Part shown: piece by piece, positions 63,016 through 64,000 of the stretch | Layout: each line of letters opens with the position of its first letter | Position numbering within the stretch: position 1 is the stretch's first letter | Assembly: GCF_001447785.1 (NCBI RefSeq) | Contig: NW_015160861.1 | Location: 259,411-323,410 of the forward strand | Length of the DNA stretch: 64,000 bases | DNA from: Gekko japonicus | Taxonomy: Eukaryota | Reading direction: 5' to 3' | Program-made: the position numbers and the translations under genes | Notes under the pieces: generated by a model | What the model was told of the DNA's origin: nothing | Databases searched by the model: none | The model's input: the letters and a program-made list of their open reading frames with translations, nothing else

Positions 63016-64000
63016 AAGTTTTGTTAAAATGTTGATTGAGTGGAAACTGTCTGGGAATGTATCTGCTCACGAACTGGTATGAACCTCCATGAACGATGTC
63101 AGTTCATGTACAGTTCATGCTGGTCACCCTGCCACGAACTTGACTTGCGAAGCGCAAACTGACCAAAATTCATCACAAACTTTAGTTTGTGAGCCAGTTC
63201 TTGCCCATCCCTATAAGTCACCTGTCTATAAATCTGACCTTGCATGCCAGTGGGAGGCATATCCTGCTTACAGTGCAGATAATGTTTTGTTTGCACAGGT
63301 GCCCAGTGTCTACAAGAAAACATGGGGGACAGTGAGTTTAGTAAGGTCTGTAGAAATGTCCCTGCATCCCAGAATAATTAGCAAAAGCTTTCTAAGTATT
63401 GCCAATAAAAGGGGTCTACAAACGTCTAATTTGTAAATAGCCTTTTACTGAATAAATTTCCTTAAATCTAGCAAGAAACTTTTCCTGCTAGATGTTCTGC
63501 ATTCAGCACCATAAATAGAGGCAAGAAATGGAATCACATGTTTGATTAACATGAATTATTTGCTATGGTAAACAAGTAGGTTTTGAAGTTCTCTCCAGGA
63601 CTACAGATGGTTTTTGGCAATTATCCCAGCAAAATAATTATAGATTTCAAAGCGGAATGCTCTGACAGTATAAAGCAAGAAGCAAGGTGACCTCTTAGAA
63701 CAATCTGCCATAAAGATTCTGGGGAAGGGAGACATTAGTAGGAGATAGTTTTATTGATATACTCTCCATTAACAAGATTAGTTCTAATAGAGCTTTAAAT
63801 GGCCCAAAGCAAAGGAAATCTCTTTAACACATTGGCACTATTGGTGCTGTTGTGTGGTTTCTCCAGGTCTATTGTGATTAGTCAGCCTTTTTCTCCTTCT
63901 ATTGATGGTCTCCAAATGTGATTCCTACTGCAATGGACATTATGCATTCTAATAATTCTAAACTTCTAATTGAGGAACTCCTGAGACATAATCACATTTC

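Overview
This window is repeat-dense vertebrate DNA with three N gaps. It is inferred to be squamate, probably gecko-like, from Sauria-SINE, Squam3-like SINE and reptile CR1/L2/Penelope content. No intact host protein-coding gene is recognisable, and every identifiable coding remnant is transposon-derived and disrupted. Contents: (1) the 3' half of a DIRS tyrosine-recombinase retrotransposon with its ICR/ITR pair; (2) two decayed Tf1/sushi-type chromoviral Gypsy elements (gag-PR-RT-RH-IN-chromodomain), both with 11-nt self-priming sites and PEG10-like -1 frameshift signals; (3) several solo LTRs with TSDs; (4) a 6.5-kb composite hAT unit containing a BED-finger hAT transposase remnant; (5) a Penelope GIY-YIG fragment with an adjacent hammerhead-like motif; (6) many CR1, L2, L1, SINE, hAT and Harbinger non-autonomous copies. 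The most unusual structure is an almost LTR-less Gypsy internal region flanked by a 60-bp direct repeat, sitting about 320 bp from its own TSD-flanked solo LTR. Family names come from motif recognition by eye, not from database searches.
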